Below, piece after piece: positions 1 through 13,580 of a DNA stretch of 64,000 bases. The stretch lies in the NCBI RefSeq assembly GCF_902713615.1, contig NC_052158.1:2418001-2482000 (forward strand). Direction: 5' to 3'. Source of the DNA: Scyliorhinus canicula (taxonomy: Eukaryota). The position numbers and the translations under genes are program-made. A model generated the notes under the pieces. That model did no database searches and was not told the origin of the DNA. It saw nothing but the letters and a program-made list of their open reading frames with translations. The stretch's first letter is position 1. The number at the start of each line of letters is the position of its first letter.

Positions 1-278
1 TGATCATCAAATTCAATACCCTGATCCAGCCTTCCCCCCATATCCCTCGATCCCTTTATCCCCAAGAGCGATATCTAATTCCTTCTTGAAATTGCACAAC
101 TTTTGGTCTCAGCTACTTTCTGTGGTAGTGAATTCCTCACAGATTCACCACTCTCTGGGTGAAGAATTTTCTCCTCACCTCACTCCTTAAAGGTTCATCC
201 CTTATCCTCAAACTATGACCCCTAGTTCTGGACTCATCCACCATCGGGAACATTCTTTCTGAATCTACCCTGTCTAAT
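1..278 (-). mobile_element. Older CR1 LINE 3' fragment (resumes at about 2204-2365)
   Basis: FFTQRVVNLWN-type coding remnant; continuity across the younger insertion. Confidence 0.75.
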
Positions 279-2203
279 CATAAGAACATAAGAACTAGGA
301 GCAGGAGTAGGCCATCTGGCCCCTCGAGCCTGCTCTGCCATTCAATGAGATCATGGCTGATCTTTTGTGGACTCAGCTCCACTTTCCGGCCCAAACACCA
401 TAACCCTAATCCCTTTATTCTTCAAAAAACTATCTATCTTTACCTTAAAAACATTTAATGAAGGAGCCTCAACTGCTTCACTGGGCAAGGAATTCCATAG
501 ATTCACAACCCTTTGGGTGAAGAAGTCCCTCCTAAACTCAGTCCTAAATCTACTTCCCCTTATTTTGAGGCTATGTCCCCTAGTTCTGCTTTCACCCGCC
601 AGTGGAAACAACCTGCCCACATCTATCCTATCTATTCCCTTCATAATTTTAAATGTTTCTATAAGATCCCCCCTCATCCTTCTGAATTCCAATGAGTACA
701 GTCCCAGTCTACTCAACCTCTCCTCATAATCCAACCCCTTCAGCTCTGGGATTAACCTAGTGAATCTCCTCTGCACACCCCCCCCCCCCCCCCCCCGTGC
801 CAGTATGTCCTTTCTCAAGTAAGGAGACCAAAACTGAACACAATACTCCAGGTGTGGCCTCACTAACACCTTATACAATTGCAACATAGCCTCCCTAATG
901 TTAAACTCCATCCCTCTATCAATGAAGGACAAAATTCCATTTGCCTTCTTAATCACCTGTTGCACCTGTAAACCAACTTTCTGTGACTCATGCACTAGCA
1001 CACCCAGGTCTCGCTGCACAGCGGCATGCTTTAATATTTTATAGTTTAAATAATAATCCCGTTTGCTGTTATTCCTACCAAAATGGATAACCTCACATTT
1101 GTCAACATTGTATTCCATTTGCCAGACCCTAGCCCATTCACTTAACCTATCCAAATCCCTCTGCAGACTTCCAGTATCCTCTGCACTTTTCGCTTTACCA
1201 CATATCTTAGTGTCATCTGCAAACTTGGACACATTGCCCTTGGTCCCCAACTCCAAATCATCTATGTAAATTGTGAACAATTGTGGGCCCAACACGGATC
1301 CCTGAGGGACACCACTAGCTACTGATTGCCAACCAGAGAAACACCCATTAATCCCCACTCTTTGCTTTCTATTAATTAACCAATCCTCTATCCATGCTAC
1401 TACTTTACCCTTAATGCCATGAATCTTTATCTTATGCAGCAACCTTTTGTGTGGCACCTTGTCAAAGGCTTTCTGGAAATCCAGATATACCACATCCATT
1501 GGCTCCTCGTTGTCTACTGCACTGGTAATGTCCTCAAAAAATTCCACTAAATTAGTTAGGCATGACCTGCCCTTTATGAACCCATGCTGCATCTGCCCAA
1601 TGGGACAATTTCTATCCAGATGCCTCGCAATTTCTTCCTTGATGATAGATTCCAGCATCTTCCCTACTACCGAAGCTACGCTCACTGGCCTATAATTTCC
1701 TGCTCTCTGCCTACATCCTTTTTTAAACAGTGGTGTCACGTTTGCTAATTTCCAATCCACCAGGACCACCCCAGAGTCTAGTGAATTTTGGTAAATCATC
1801 ATTAGTAGGGCAGCACGGTGGCCTAGTGGTTAGCACAACCGCCTCACGGCGCTGAGGTCCCAGGTTCGATCCCGGCTCTGGGTCACTGTCCGTGTGGAGT
1901 TTGCACATTCTCCCCGTGTCTGTGTGGGTTTCGCCCCCACAACCCAAAAATGTGCAGGCTAGGTGGATTGGCCACTCTAAATTGCCCCTTAATAGAAAAA
2001 ATAATTGGGTAATCTAAATTTATAAAAAAAAAAAAAAAAATTAGTGCATCTGCAATTTCCCTAGCCATCTCTTTTAGCACTCTGGGATGCATTCCATCAG
2101 GGCTAGGAGACTTGTCTACCGTTAGCCCCATTAGCTTGCCCATCACTACCTCCTTAGTGATAACAATCCTCTCAAGGTCCTCACCTGTCATAGCCTCATT
2201 TCT
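279..2203 (-). mobile_element. CR1/HER1-type LINE, 5'-truncated, RT ORF largely open (351-1802)
   Basis: YLDFQKAFDKVPH, GVPQGSVLGP, KFADDTK; repeated TTCTTATG tail at 279; nested in an older CR1 and interrupted by a SINE. Confidence 0.93.
1808..2040 (+). mobile_element. HE1/V-SINE-type tRNA-derived SINE, poly(A)-tailed subfamily
   Basis: A box TGGCCTAGTGG, B box GGTTCGATCCC, V-domain core, poly(A); TSD ATTAGT. Confidence 0.9.
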
Positions 2204-2739
2204 ATCCTGTTAGAATTTTATAAGTTTCTATGAGATCCCCTCTCACTCTTCTAAACTCCACTAAATATAATCCTAACCAACGTTGCCTCTCCTCATGTGA
2301 CAGTCCCACCATCCCAGGAACCATCCTGGTAGACTTTCGTTGCGTTCGCTCCATAGCATCCTTCCTCATCGGGAACACCATAGGGAGGCTATTTGAGTGT
2401 AATGATGGTCGAGGTAGGTATCTTGCAAATGAGTGCGGTTGCTGGAATCTGAAAGAAAAACAGAAAGTACTGGACAATCTCAGCAGGTCTGACAGCCTCT
2501 GTGGAGAGAGAAGGGAACTATCGTATCGAGTCTGGGTGGATCTTTGTCAAAGCTCGGACCTGTGAAAGTTATTAGTTACATTCATTAGTAACTGGGCTAC
2601 TGCAGCGACCCACACAACAAAACATCCAGGTGAATAAGCGGATACCACACCACCTCCATCACTGGGTCAAATGTGAAATTTGAGATCGTATTGATGAAGT
2701 GAATGTTTTCACAGACTTTGTTAGAGGTGAACCCTATAA

Positions 2740-3026
2740 TCTGTGGTTAGCACTGTTGCTTCACAGCGCCAAGGACCCGGGTTTGATTCCCCGCTTGGGT
2801 CACTGTCTGTGCGGAGTTCTCCGTGTGTCTGCTTGGGTTTCCTCCAGGTGCTGTGGTTTCCTCCCACAAGTCCTGAAAGGTGTGCTTGTTAGGTGAATTG
2901 GACATTCTGAATTCTCCCTCTGTACCCGAACAGACGCGGAATGTGGCGACTGGGGGCTTTTCACAGTAACTTCATTGCAGTGTTAATGCAAGCCTACTTG
3001 TGACAATAATAAAGATTATTATTATT
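2740..3026 (+). mobile_element. HE1-type SINE with Rex-like tail
   Basis: Same head and core; tail CTTGTGACAATAATAAAG(ATT)n. Confidence 0.8.
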
Positions 3027-3587
3027 AAATAGAATTGAGTGAATGTTAAGAATCAAGCCGTTGCAGGTTGAGAGAGTTATGGGAAATTTGTGAGACACGG
3101 AATGTTATCTTCTTTTAATTTTTTTGGGGGGGGGAAAAGAGACGAAGCTGTACATAATAGTCGCAAAGGAGAAATTAGACAAACAATGTGCTCCGAAGGA
3201 GAGACATGTTGGACTGCAAAAGTTAACTCAGTCACTCTCTCTCTGTCCACAGATACCAGGAGTTTGGCTGTTGCTTTCTGCCTTTATTGTACAAACTGGG
3301 AGCTGTATCCCCTGGGATTCAGAAGTTTAAAACTGAACTGATCGAATTTTTCAACACTGTGTCGATCAAATAAGGTCGATTGGGTGACATTTTCTGCTGC
3401 TCGAGGAGTTTCGAAATCAGAGAGAGATTTTTCAGGGGTGAAATTGAGAAACACTTGATCATTCAAACGATGCTTGAAGTTTTGAACCCGATTCAACAAC
3501 CGGGAATTGATGGTGCATGAATTGTTACTTGCAAAATTTGGGATTGTTGGACGACTGTCTACGAAAGGATGGAGACAGATTCCAGAA

Positions 3588-3866
3588 TCATAGATTCCCT
3601 ACACTGCTAAAGGAGGCCACTCGGTTTATCGAGTCTGCACCGTCCATCCAGGCCCACTCCCCCACCCTATCCCCACCTAATCTTTGAACATTAAGAGGCA
3701 ATTGTTATCATGGTCAATCCACCTAACCTACACATCTTTGGAGGAAACTGGAGCACCCAGAGGAAATCCACACAGATAGAGGGAGAACGTGCAAACTCCA
3801 CACAGTCACCCAAGGCCGGAATTGAACCCGGGTCCCTGACGCCGTGAGTCAGCAGTGCCAACCACT
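3588..3866 (-). mobile_element. HE1-type SINE, diverged
   Basis: Reverse-complement match to the other copies. Confidence 0.75.
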
Positions 3867-4414
3867 CGAATCAACCATGTTGTTGAATTCTGCGCTCTCA
3901 GCTGATGTTACTACTGGAAAGCCAGGTCCCGGAATGGAAAACTAGCTCCGTGGACCTGCATGAACGGAGTCACAGAACTGCCAATTGACTTTTAACGAAA
4001 AAATGAGACATTTATTCAACAAGAATAGATGGACTATAATACACTACTCCTTCATTCCCAGTTGATCATTGATGCGCACAGATCTAAAAGGATTACATAA
4101 ATTCCAAAATATCTTCCTCTCTAATATTTATTTATTTATTTTTATTGTCATACAATGCAAAGCACATAGGCACAGTATTAAAACCAAGAACATCAGCAAC
4201 AACATCAGACAATGCATGCATCAAAATCACATTCACTTTTCCCGCTGGCAGCACACCCCCATCTCTGGATTCCCCGCATTCCTGGGAAATCCCATTGACA
4301 AGCAGCGGGAAGACAGTATCCCTCTGCCAGCGGAAAGCACCCATGGCTATGGGACCAGAGAATCCAGCCCTTTTTTTAAGGTCTTCTAAAGGCCACTACA
4401 TTTTCAACAGTCAC

Positions 4415-5428
4415 AACAAAATCCACGATAGTCCTCAATACCGAGACCCCGCAAAGCTGTGTACATGGCCCCCTGCTATACTCCCTGTACACACTCGACT
4501 GTGTGGCAAAATTTGGCTACAACTCCATCTACAATGTTGCTGCTAACACAACTGTAATGGGTCGGATTTCGAACAACGATGAGTCAGAGTACAGGAGGGA
4601 GATAGAGAACCTAGCGGAGTGGTGTAACGACAACAATCTATCCCGCAATGTCAGCAAAACTAAGGAGCTGGTCATTGACTTCAAGAATCAAAGTATCGTA
4701 CACACCCCGATCTGCATCAATGGGGCCGAGGTGGAGATGGTTGACAGCTTCAAATTCCTAGGTGTGCACATCACCAACAATCTGTCCTGATCCACCCACA
4801 TCGACGCTACCACCAAGAAAGCTCAACAGCGGCTATTGTTTCTCAGGAAACTAAGGAAATTCGGCATGTCCACATTAACCCTGACCAACTTTTACAGATG
4901 CACCATAGGAAGCATCCTATCGGGCTGCATCACAGCCTGGTATGGCAACTGCTCGGCCCAACACGCAAGAAACTTCAGAGACTCGTGAACACAGCCCAGT
5001 CCATCACACGAACCTGCCTCCCATCCATTGACTCCATCTACACCTTCTGCTGCCTGGGGAAAGCGGGCAGCAGAATCAAAGACCCCTCCCACCCGGCTTA
5101 CTCACTCTTCCAACTTCTTCCATTGGGCAGGAGATTCAGAAGTCTGAGAACACGCACGAACAGATTCAAAAACAGCTTCTTCCCCACTGTCACCAGACTC
5201 CTAAATGACCCTCTTATGGATTGAACTGATCTCTTCATACATCTTCTCTATTGAGTCCCACTACACTCCTGTATGCTTCACCCAATGCCTGTGTGTATGT
5301 ATGTACATTGTGTATTTATGTTTGCTCTCTGTAATTTTTTCATGTATAGAATGATCTGCCTGGACTGTACGCAAAACAATACTTTCCACTGTGCCTCAGT
5401 ACATGTGACAATAAACAAATCCAAATCA
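4415..5428 (+). mobile_element. Rex1/Babar-type LINE 3' fragment
   Basis: YRREIENLAEWCNDNNLS..VSKTKELVIDF, KDPSHPAYSLFQLLP, RFKNSFFP; tail GTGACAATAAACAAATCCAAATC. Confidence 0.8.
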
Positions 5429-6389
5429 GGCAAAGTATTCCATCAACAATTCTGCGTGAATATAAATTGTGAACATCAAGACGTGAACCAAATTTCTGTA
5501 GTTTATGTTGATGACCACGCAAAATGCTGTAATTCCGAGTAAAGAGCTTTTCAGGCTGAGAGGCAGGTAGTCAGGCCATGTGTCAATTTCTAAACTTCAA
5601 CTAAATCAAAAAGCAATCTTCTCTTCTCCAAAGATTGCAATCCAAGAATCCTTAAATGCTCCTCATCAGGAATTCCATTCATACCTTCCATTTTGCTGGT
5701 AACATGACTTTCCACTCTCTCTATGAGCTGTGTATCTCTCTGAAAGTGTGGATTCCAAATTGTGGGTATACCTGCTGCTTATAGAGTTTAAGGATTCTCA
5801 GTAAGTACACAGTCCATGTGAATCAATAGGCAAAATGTGGGCATGCACCCCACACTCTGAATCCCAGTGGCAGATGCCAATCAACGCAACTTCTCTGGAT
5901 TTCTCATGAAATATCCCCAGATGTTTGTTACACTTTGAACCAACCAGCCTCACTGGAACTCTAACTTCCACACAAGAGTTTCTACTCGTCACTGTTGTAG
6001 AACATGCTTAGAATCTTCTCTCACAAACAAGGTTTTCTCTCAGATGCCTTCACCAAGGATCCACTTCCAGGAGTTCAATCTCCCCTTTCAGTAGTCCTCT
6101 GCCTTGGATTGCCATGTGTTTTCAAGGCTCCACACAACCTCTCAGATACCCAGCCATGACAACGGAGCACAGGCTGTAGTAAGGAAGCACCCACTTTAGG
6201 ATGACTTCAGATGTTTGGCTTCTTGCTAGCCGCTTGTCCGTGTCTGCACCTTTCAGTTCTCTCTTTAACTGGGGGCCTCTTTCTTCAACTTAACTGAACA
6301 GTACCTTGTTCGCATTCCAGTTCTTTATCCCTTGACTCCAGTCTCTTTGGGGCTTCACATTCATTGCCTGGTTTCTTGAACTATATGTA

Positions 6390-7655
6390 TAATAATAATC
6401 TTTATTGTCACAAGTAGGTTCACATTAACACTGCAATGAAGTTACTGTGAAAAGCCCCTAGTGGCTACATTCCGGGGCCTATTCAGAGGATAAATTCACA
6501 ATGTCCAAATTACCTAATAGCACATCTTTCGGGACTTGTAGGAGGAAACCGGAGGAAACCTACGCAAACACGGGGGGAACGTGTAGTTTCCATACAGACA
6601 GTTACCCAAGCTGGGAATTGAATCCCAGGTTCGATTCCCTGCTGGGTCACTGTCTGTGAGGAGTCTACACATTCTCCCCGTGTCTGCGTGGGTTTCCTCC
6701 GGTTTCCTCCCACAGTCCAAAGACGTGCAGGTTAGGTGGATTGGCCACGTTAAATTGCCCTTAGTGTCCAAAAAGGGTTATTGGGTTACGGGGATAGGGT
6801 GGAAGTGAGGGCTTAAATGGGTCGGTGCAGATTCAATGGGCCAAATGGCCTTTCTGCACTCTATGGGTGTGATTCTCCATCCCCCACGCCGGGTGGGAGA
6901 ATAGCAGGAGGGCATCCCGACATTTTTCACGCCCTCCCGCTATTCTCTCCCCCCCCCCCCCCCCCCATGCCACGAATTGCTGCTCGCCGTTTTTTACGGC
7001 AAGCGGCGATTCTCCGAGGCCGATGGGCCGAGTGGCCAGGCCTTCACGCCCGTTTCAACACGGCAGCAAACACACCTGCTCACTGCCGTCGTGAAACGGG
7101 CGCCAGATGCCCGTTTGGGGCATCTAGAGGCCCTATTTGCACGGGAGCACCACGACTGTGCTCGGGAGGGGACAGGCCCGCGATCGGTGCCCACCGATTG
7201 TCGGGCCAGCGTCCAAAACAGACGCACTCTTTCCCCTCCGCCACCCGGCAAGATCAAGCTGCCACGTCTTGCCGGGCGGCTGAGGAGAAAGGCGCCAACT
7301 GCGCATGCGCGGGTTGGCGTTGTCCAACCTGCGCATGCGCGGCTGACGTCATCGGCTGCGTTAGCCGCCGTGATGCTTGACGTGCGGCCTTGTTGACCGT
7401 CGTCAAGGCCGCGCCGCCGTGACGCGCGGGGCCGCGCTCCTAGCCCCAACCGGAGGGGAGAATCGGCCCCGGAAAAGGCTGTGAAGGCTGCCATGGGTCA
7501 CGGCCTGTCCCACGGCAGCCTTTACGATTCTCCGCATTTGCGGAGAATCTCGCCCTATGTTCTATGTTCTATGACAGTGACCCAAGCCGGGAATCGAACC
7601 TAGGACCCTGGTGCTGTGAAGCCATAGTGCTACCCACTGTGCTACCGTGCTGCTG
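6390..7655. mobile_element. Nested SINEs: minus-strand HE1-type SINE (6390-6624 plus 7575-7655) interrupted by a plus-strand SINE (6625-7574), which carries a MITE
   Basis: About 25-bp duplicated segment CAGT(T/G)ACCCAAGC(T/C)GGGAAT(T/C)GAA at 6599 and 7575. Confidence 0.75.
6865..7555. mobile_element. PIF/Harbinger-type MITE
   Basis: TIRs GGGTGTGATTCTCC / GGAGAATCTCGCCC, 3-bp TSD TAT, GC-rich; related to 33426-34140. Confidence 0.8.
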
Positions 7656-8019
7656 TGTTGATTAGCTTCTGGGACTTTTGTCCTGCCTCTGCTGGCAGTT
7701 TCTGTGACAGATGATTTCTTCTCGGATAGCTGGTGCCAACTGAACTGCAAGTGCCTATGTTTTTCAATGTGGGCCCTGGTTGCTAAGCAACAGCCTAGTC
7801 TTTCTTTAAACACTGTTCTTTTTTCTCGTCATCAACCTTTAATTATAATGCCAGAACAGTTTGAAATAAAACCCAGATTAACACAGGCCTCTCCTGTCCC
7901 TCTTCTCCTGGAAGGCACAGAATTCAAAAGCATCAAAGTTTGATAAAATGTGTATGTAACATAGGTTCAGCCTCAGCTGGAGCATTGTTCTGGACAATGA
8001 ATTTTAGGAAGGATTATGG

Positions 8020-8600
8020 AATCATAGCAACAGTACAGTGCAGAAGGAGGCTATTCGGCCCATCGATTCTGCACCGGCCCTTGAAAGAGCACCCTTCTTT
8101 TTTTTAATAAATTTAGAGTGCCCAGTTATTTTTCTTTCCCAATTAAGGGCCAATTTAGCGTGGCCAATCCACCTAACCTGCACATCTTTGGGTTGTGGAG
8201 GTGAAACCCACTCAGACATGGGGAGAATGTGCAAACTCCACACGGACAGTGACCCAGGGCCGGGATTCGAACCCGGGTCCTCAGCGCCGCAGTCCCAGTG
8301 CTAACCACTGCGCCACATGCCGCCTAAGAGCCCCTTACTTAAGCTCAGGCTTCCACCCTATCCCTGTAACCCAGTAACCCGACCTAATCTTTTGGACGCT
8401 AAGGGCAATTGATCACGGCCAATCCACCTAACCCGCACATCTTTGGATTGTGGGAGGAAACCGGAGCACCTGGAGCAAAGCCATGCAGACACGGGAAGAA
8501 CGTGCAAACTACACAGAGACAGTCACCCAAGGCCGGAATTGGACCTGGATCCTTGGCTCTGTGAGGCAGCAGTGCTTACTGCTGTGCCACCGTGCCACCC
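8020..8600 (-). mobile_element. Two nested HE1-type SINEs (poly(A)-type copy at about 8097-8325 inside a HER1-tailed copy)
   Basis: Two SINE heads and cores; tail split around the inner copy. Confidence 0.78.
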
Positions 8601-9639
8601 ACAATTCAATTTAAATTCCACCAGCTGCCTCGGTCTCCAGAATCTGGGCCTCTGGATTAGGTAGCCAATATGTCATCTGTATTACCACAATTGGCTTCAT
8701 TTGGAATAAAACTATTTGGTTGTAAAGTTGGTCCAGGAACAATGTGAGTTGGGGTTTCTGGGGGTTGGAGGGGTGAGGGGGGGGGGGGGGTCTGCTGTCC
8801 ACAAATCGCTGAAAGTGGCATTTGAACTCGTATTTCTGGGGCATTACGCATCATTGCTCAGCTTTTTGACCACTAATCCTGTCGAGATACCACTCTACTC
8901 CTGTGCAACCCAGCGCCCTTCCCCCTCAACACCCCCCCCCCCCCAATCTTCATGTTTCCTTTCATGTCTTCATACAACATATTTTGAAAGGTACTGTTGA
9001 ATCTGCTTCTACCATTATTGCACACTACATTACAGATCACAACAAACTGTTGTGGGAAGTAATGTAGCCTCCAATTATTTTGCTAATCACCTTAAATCTT
9101 TGTCCTCAAGTAACCAACACTCTTGTCACTGGAGAGAGTTCCTATTGATCGACACTAGCAAAACCCTTAATGATTTTTGGCACATCTATCCAATCAACTC
9201 TTAACATTCTCTCTTTGAAGGAAAATTATTCCCATTTCTCCAGTATCCTGACAGTAAATAAAGCCCCTCATCCAAGATTCCATTGTCATGGGCAACACGG
9301 TAGCACAGTGGTTAGCACTGTTGCTTCACAGCTCCAGGTTCCAGGTTCGGTTCCCGGCTTGGGTCACCATTCGTGCGGAGTCTGCACGCTCTCCCCTGTC
9401 TGGGCGGGAAAAAGGTCCCAGGATACGAAAACTCGCGTGACAACGAGGGCGACACATGCGAGGATTGGCTCTGTCGAAAATGCTGTTCTGCCACTGGGCA
9501 GCGAACACAGAGAGGAACACAGCGGGGCCCTCACTTCTTCTTGGGAAGAAGATCGGGAGTGATTGGAATTGGAAGAGGAACCTTGGCAGCACATTCATTT
9601 TTAATCATCTGTACTCTTCCCGCCAGGGAGAGCAGGAGT

Positions 9640-10765
9640 GAGTCCCATCTCCACAGGTCCCTCTTCACCTCCTCCACCAGGCTGGACAGTTCCACTTATG
9701 GAGTTGTGCTCATTCGTGGACGATCTGGATCCCCTGCATTATGAACTTGGTTTGGGCCACCATGCATGGCAGCATTTCCTGCTCTGCTCCTCCCTCTGGG
9801 GGGGTTTAACGGGAAGATTTTGCACTCGCTCAGGTTAACTTTGCCTGTCCACCCCTTCACTGATCTAAGAGCGATGGCCAACGGCTCAATTGTCATTGCC
9901 AACAGCAGTGGGGACAATGGCCACTCCTGCCTCATCTCTCAGTGCAACCGGAAATATTCTGAGTTGGTGGCGTTCGTCCTTACACTCATCGTGGGAGCTC
10001 CAAACCCTGACTGGTCAAGCACCTCCATGAGATGCCTCCATTCGACTCGGTCGTAGCTTTCTCAGCGTCCAGGGAGATGATGACTTCTGGTGTCCCCTCC
10101 CCGGTTGGGGGTCACGATCTCGTTCAGCAGGCATCTGATATTCGCTGTTAGCTGTCTGCCCTTGACAAACCCGATCTGAATTTCCGCGATCACTTCTGGA
10201 AAGCGACTCTCTCGGTTAGAGTTTCACCAGGACTTTAGAGTCCGTGTTCCTGAGTGGGATAGGTGTGTATGACCCGAACTCCGTCAGGTCTTTGCCTTTT
10301 TGGGGGATCAGTGAGATCGAGGCCTGTGCCAGCGGAGGCGGCAGGACCCCCCCCCCCCCCCTCGACAGTGAGTCGTTGAACGTTTACTGCAGATGAGGGG
10401 CCAGTGCTGCCTAAATTTGTGTTAGAGGTCCACTGGGAACCCGTCCGGTCTGGTCCCTTCTCTATCTGGATGGAATCAATGCATTCCAGTCCGAGCAGTG
10501 CTTCCAGTCCCTGTCTCCTGTCCTCCTCCACAACAGGTATCTATGTGCAGCATCCATGGGGGCGCTGCGCCCCGGCCCATCTCCAACCTCACGTCCATGG
10601 AGTGTGGAGCATGGTCTGAGATCACTAGCGGGGAGTATTCCGCCCTCACTACTCCTGGGAGCACCGATTTCCCCGCTATGAAGAGGTCTATGTGGTAGTA
10701 GCCTGTGTGAACATTGGAGAAGAAGGAGAACTTCTCTCTTCGGTGGTTGAGTATCCAAGGGTCTA
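9640..10765 (-). mobile_element. Degenerate L1-clade ORF2 fragments (RT and endonuclease)
   Basis: PLSPLLLAMTIEPLAIALR; AEYSPLVISDHAPH. Confidence 0.7.
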
Positions 10766-10769
10766 TACC

Positions 10770-10992
10770 ACTCAGTCCAAAGATGTGCAGGTTAGGTGGA
10801 TTGGCCATGATAAATTGCCCTTAGTGTCCAAAATTGCCCTTAGTGTTGGGTGGGGTTACTGGGTTATTGGGATAGGGTGGAGGTGTTGACCTTGGGTAGA
10901 GTGCTCTTTCCAAGAGCCGGTGCAGACTCGATGGGCTGAATGGCCTCCTTCTGCACTGTAAATTCTATGTAAATTCTATCTATGTAAATTCT
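10770..10992 (+). mobile_element. HE1-type SINE 3' part with GTAAATTCTAT tail repeats
   Basis: Matches the SINE core and the HER1-shared tail. Confidence 0.8.
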
Positions 10993-11414
10993 GCAATGTG
11001 TTTGGTTCTTGTGTCGTGCCTGATATGGCGCCCATTCAAGAACTGGGCCTGTCCATTCTGGGGTCTTGACACAGTTGTCGACCCCCATCCATGATGGGAG
11101 TCTAGTTCTGGGATTTCTGCCATTGTTTTATTGAAGCCAATGCGCAGAGTGGACAAGGACAAGCCCTCAAACCACCTCATTGTCTCTTTCAAAAAACAAC
11201 CCAAATTGAACCCAGTTCATGGTCCCCAGAACGAGAGGCAGACCAAGGTCCAAGCTGACAGGAAAAGGCTCATCTTGGGCTTGACCTGACTTTTGATCAT
11301 TTTTTTTTCCAGCCGTCCTTTTTGCTTTCATTTCATTTTACAAACTGGATGTGGGATTTCGAGGTGTCAAATTTTTGTTTGCCTTGCTGAGCTGCAGGAC
11401 GGGGGCTGCTGAAT

Positions 11415-11560
11415 ATGCTAATTAGGGATGGGGTGGGCGCCGATTTCCATTGGCTGATGGCTGGGAATGTTTCCAATTGTCGGCGTCCAATCAGAAACAA
11501 AGGGACTCCACCGGCCAATGGGGAGCGACCCGCATGCCGATCCTGCCGAGAGGTATAAAA
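11415..11560 (+). promoter_or_regulatory. H2A promoter: octamer-like ATGCTAAT (11415), inverted CCAAT (11449), CCAAT (11473, 11487, 11515), TATAAAA (11554)
   Basis: Motifs read directly; usual histone promoter spacing to the ATG. Confidence 0.8.
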
Positions 11561-11590
11561 GGCGAGGCGGCGGTGCGGTGGGCCCATTGA

Positions 11591-12013
<423 letters not shown>

Positions 12014-12071
12014 GTGCGGGGGAAGGAGTGACCAAAAAATCCAATCAATCCACAAGAAAAAACACCAAAAA

Positions 12072-12110
12072 GGCTCTTTTAAGAGCCGCTCACCACTTTC
12101 CGAAGAGTTT
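12072..12110 (+). terminator. Histone 3' stem-loop (GGCTCTTTTAAGAGCC, 12072-12087) and purine-rich HDE (GAAGAG)
   Basis: SLBP-type hairpin about 60 nt after the H2A stop, preceded by CCAAAAA. Confidence 0.93.
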
Positions 12111-12519
12111 AATCCAAAACAAAACGGCCAACAGGGGGGAAAACTTTTACTTCTGAAGGGACTTTATTTTTAAAACTTTTGCCCTATTTCGGCGAACTTT
12201 TCTTCTTTTTGCTTTCATTTATTTTCGCACTTCGCTGAAAAATTATTTTTGAGGGGGGAGGAAGAGAAAAGTAACCATGCCCCGACCGAAAAAGAGAAAA
12301 CGTGGAAGATTTGACCCCAATGGGATGTGGACGCCACATAACACAACCCCCCCTCCCCTCTTCAGAAAAGACACCGAAGCCGGGGGTGCGGCGGCGCATC
12401 CGACCAAATATTTGCGAGAAACCAGGAATGTGTTTGGCTGTGATGAAGAATATTAAAAGATCGATTGTTGCTTCAAAAGAGTTGTCTCGATTCTTGACCT
12501 CTTAAAACTAACAAGTTGC

Positions 12520-13580
12520 TGTGAAGGAATAATGTATTCCTTATCTGGTGTGAAAGGGTGATAAATTCCCGCTCTGGTGTGAAGGAGTGATACATTCGCT
12601 CCGGTGTGAAGGAGTGATACATTCGCTCCGGTGTGAAGGAGTGATACATTCCCCCTCACGTGTGAAGGAGTGATACATTCCCCCTCAGGTGTGAAGGAGT
12701 GATACATTCCCCCTCTGGTGTGAAGGAGTGATACATTCCCCCTCTGGTGTGAAGGAGTGATACATTCACTGGTGTGAAGGAGTGATACATTCCCCCTCTG
12801 GTGTGAAGGAGTGATACATTCCCCCTCTGGTGTGAAGGAGTGATACATTCCCCCTCTGGTGTGAAGGAGTGATACATTCCCCCTCAGGTGTGAAGGAGTG
12901 ATACATTCCCCCTCTGGTGTGAAGGAGTGATACATTCCCCCTCAGGTGTGAAGGAGTGATACATTCGCTCCGGTGTGAAGGAGTGATACATTCCCCCCTC
13001 AGGTGTGAAGGAGTGATACATTCCCCCTCTGGTGTGAAGGAGTGATACATTCACTGGTGTGAAGGAGTGATACATTCCCCCTCTGGTGTGAAGGAGTGAT
13101 ACATTCCCCCTCTGGTGTGAAGGAGTGATACATTCCCCCTCAGGTGTGAAGGAGTGATACATTCGCTCCGGTGTGAAGGAGTGATACATTCCCCCCTCAG
13201 GTGTGAAGGAGTGATACATTCCCCCTCTGGTGTGAAGGAGTGATACATTCACTGGTGTGAAGGAGTGATACATTCCCCCTCTGGTGTGAAGGAGTGATAC
13301 ATCCCCCCCCCCCCCCCCCCCCCCCCCAAGGAATGATACATTTACTCTCTGGGGTGAAGGAATGATACATTCACTCTGGTGTGAAGGAATGATACTTTCA
13401 CTCTGGTGTGAAGGAGTGATACATTCACTGCTGTCAAGGAATGATACATTTATTCTCTGGTGTGAGGGAGTGATACTTTTACTCTGGAGTGAAGGAGTGA
13501 TACATTCGCTCTGGTGTCAAGAAATGATAGTCACCCTTTGGTGTGAAGGAATGACACATTCACTCTGTTGTGAAGGAATT
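12520..13580. repeat. Minisatellite, 25-30 bp units (core GTGTGAAGGAGTGATACATTC), with a 198-bp higher-order duplication
   Basis: About 26 near-perfect cores at 12575-13302, degenerate units on both flanks. Confidence 0.95.

Noticed and set aside
1808-1880. tRNA genes
   Set aside because: All A/B-box sequences seen are SINE heads followed by SINE bodies; no stand-alone cloverleaf found
5560-6370. Possible old solo LTR
   Set aside because: No definable termini or TSD
12575-13302. CRISPR-like array of a constant 21-nt repeat
   Set aside because: Linkers are 4-9 nt and recurrent, not unique spacers; eukaryotic context; no cas genes. The MYHSFTPEG ORFs are translations of the repeat.
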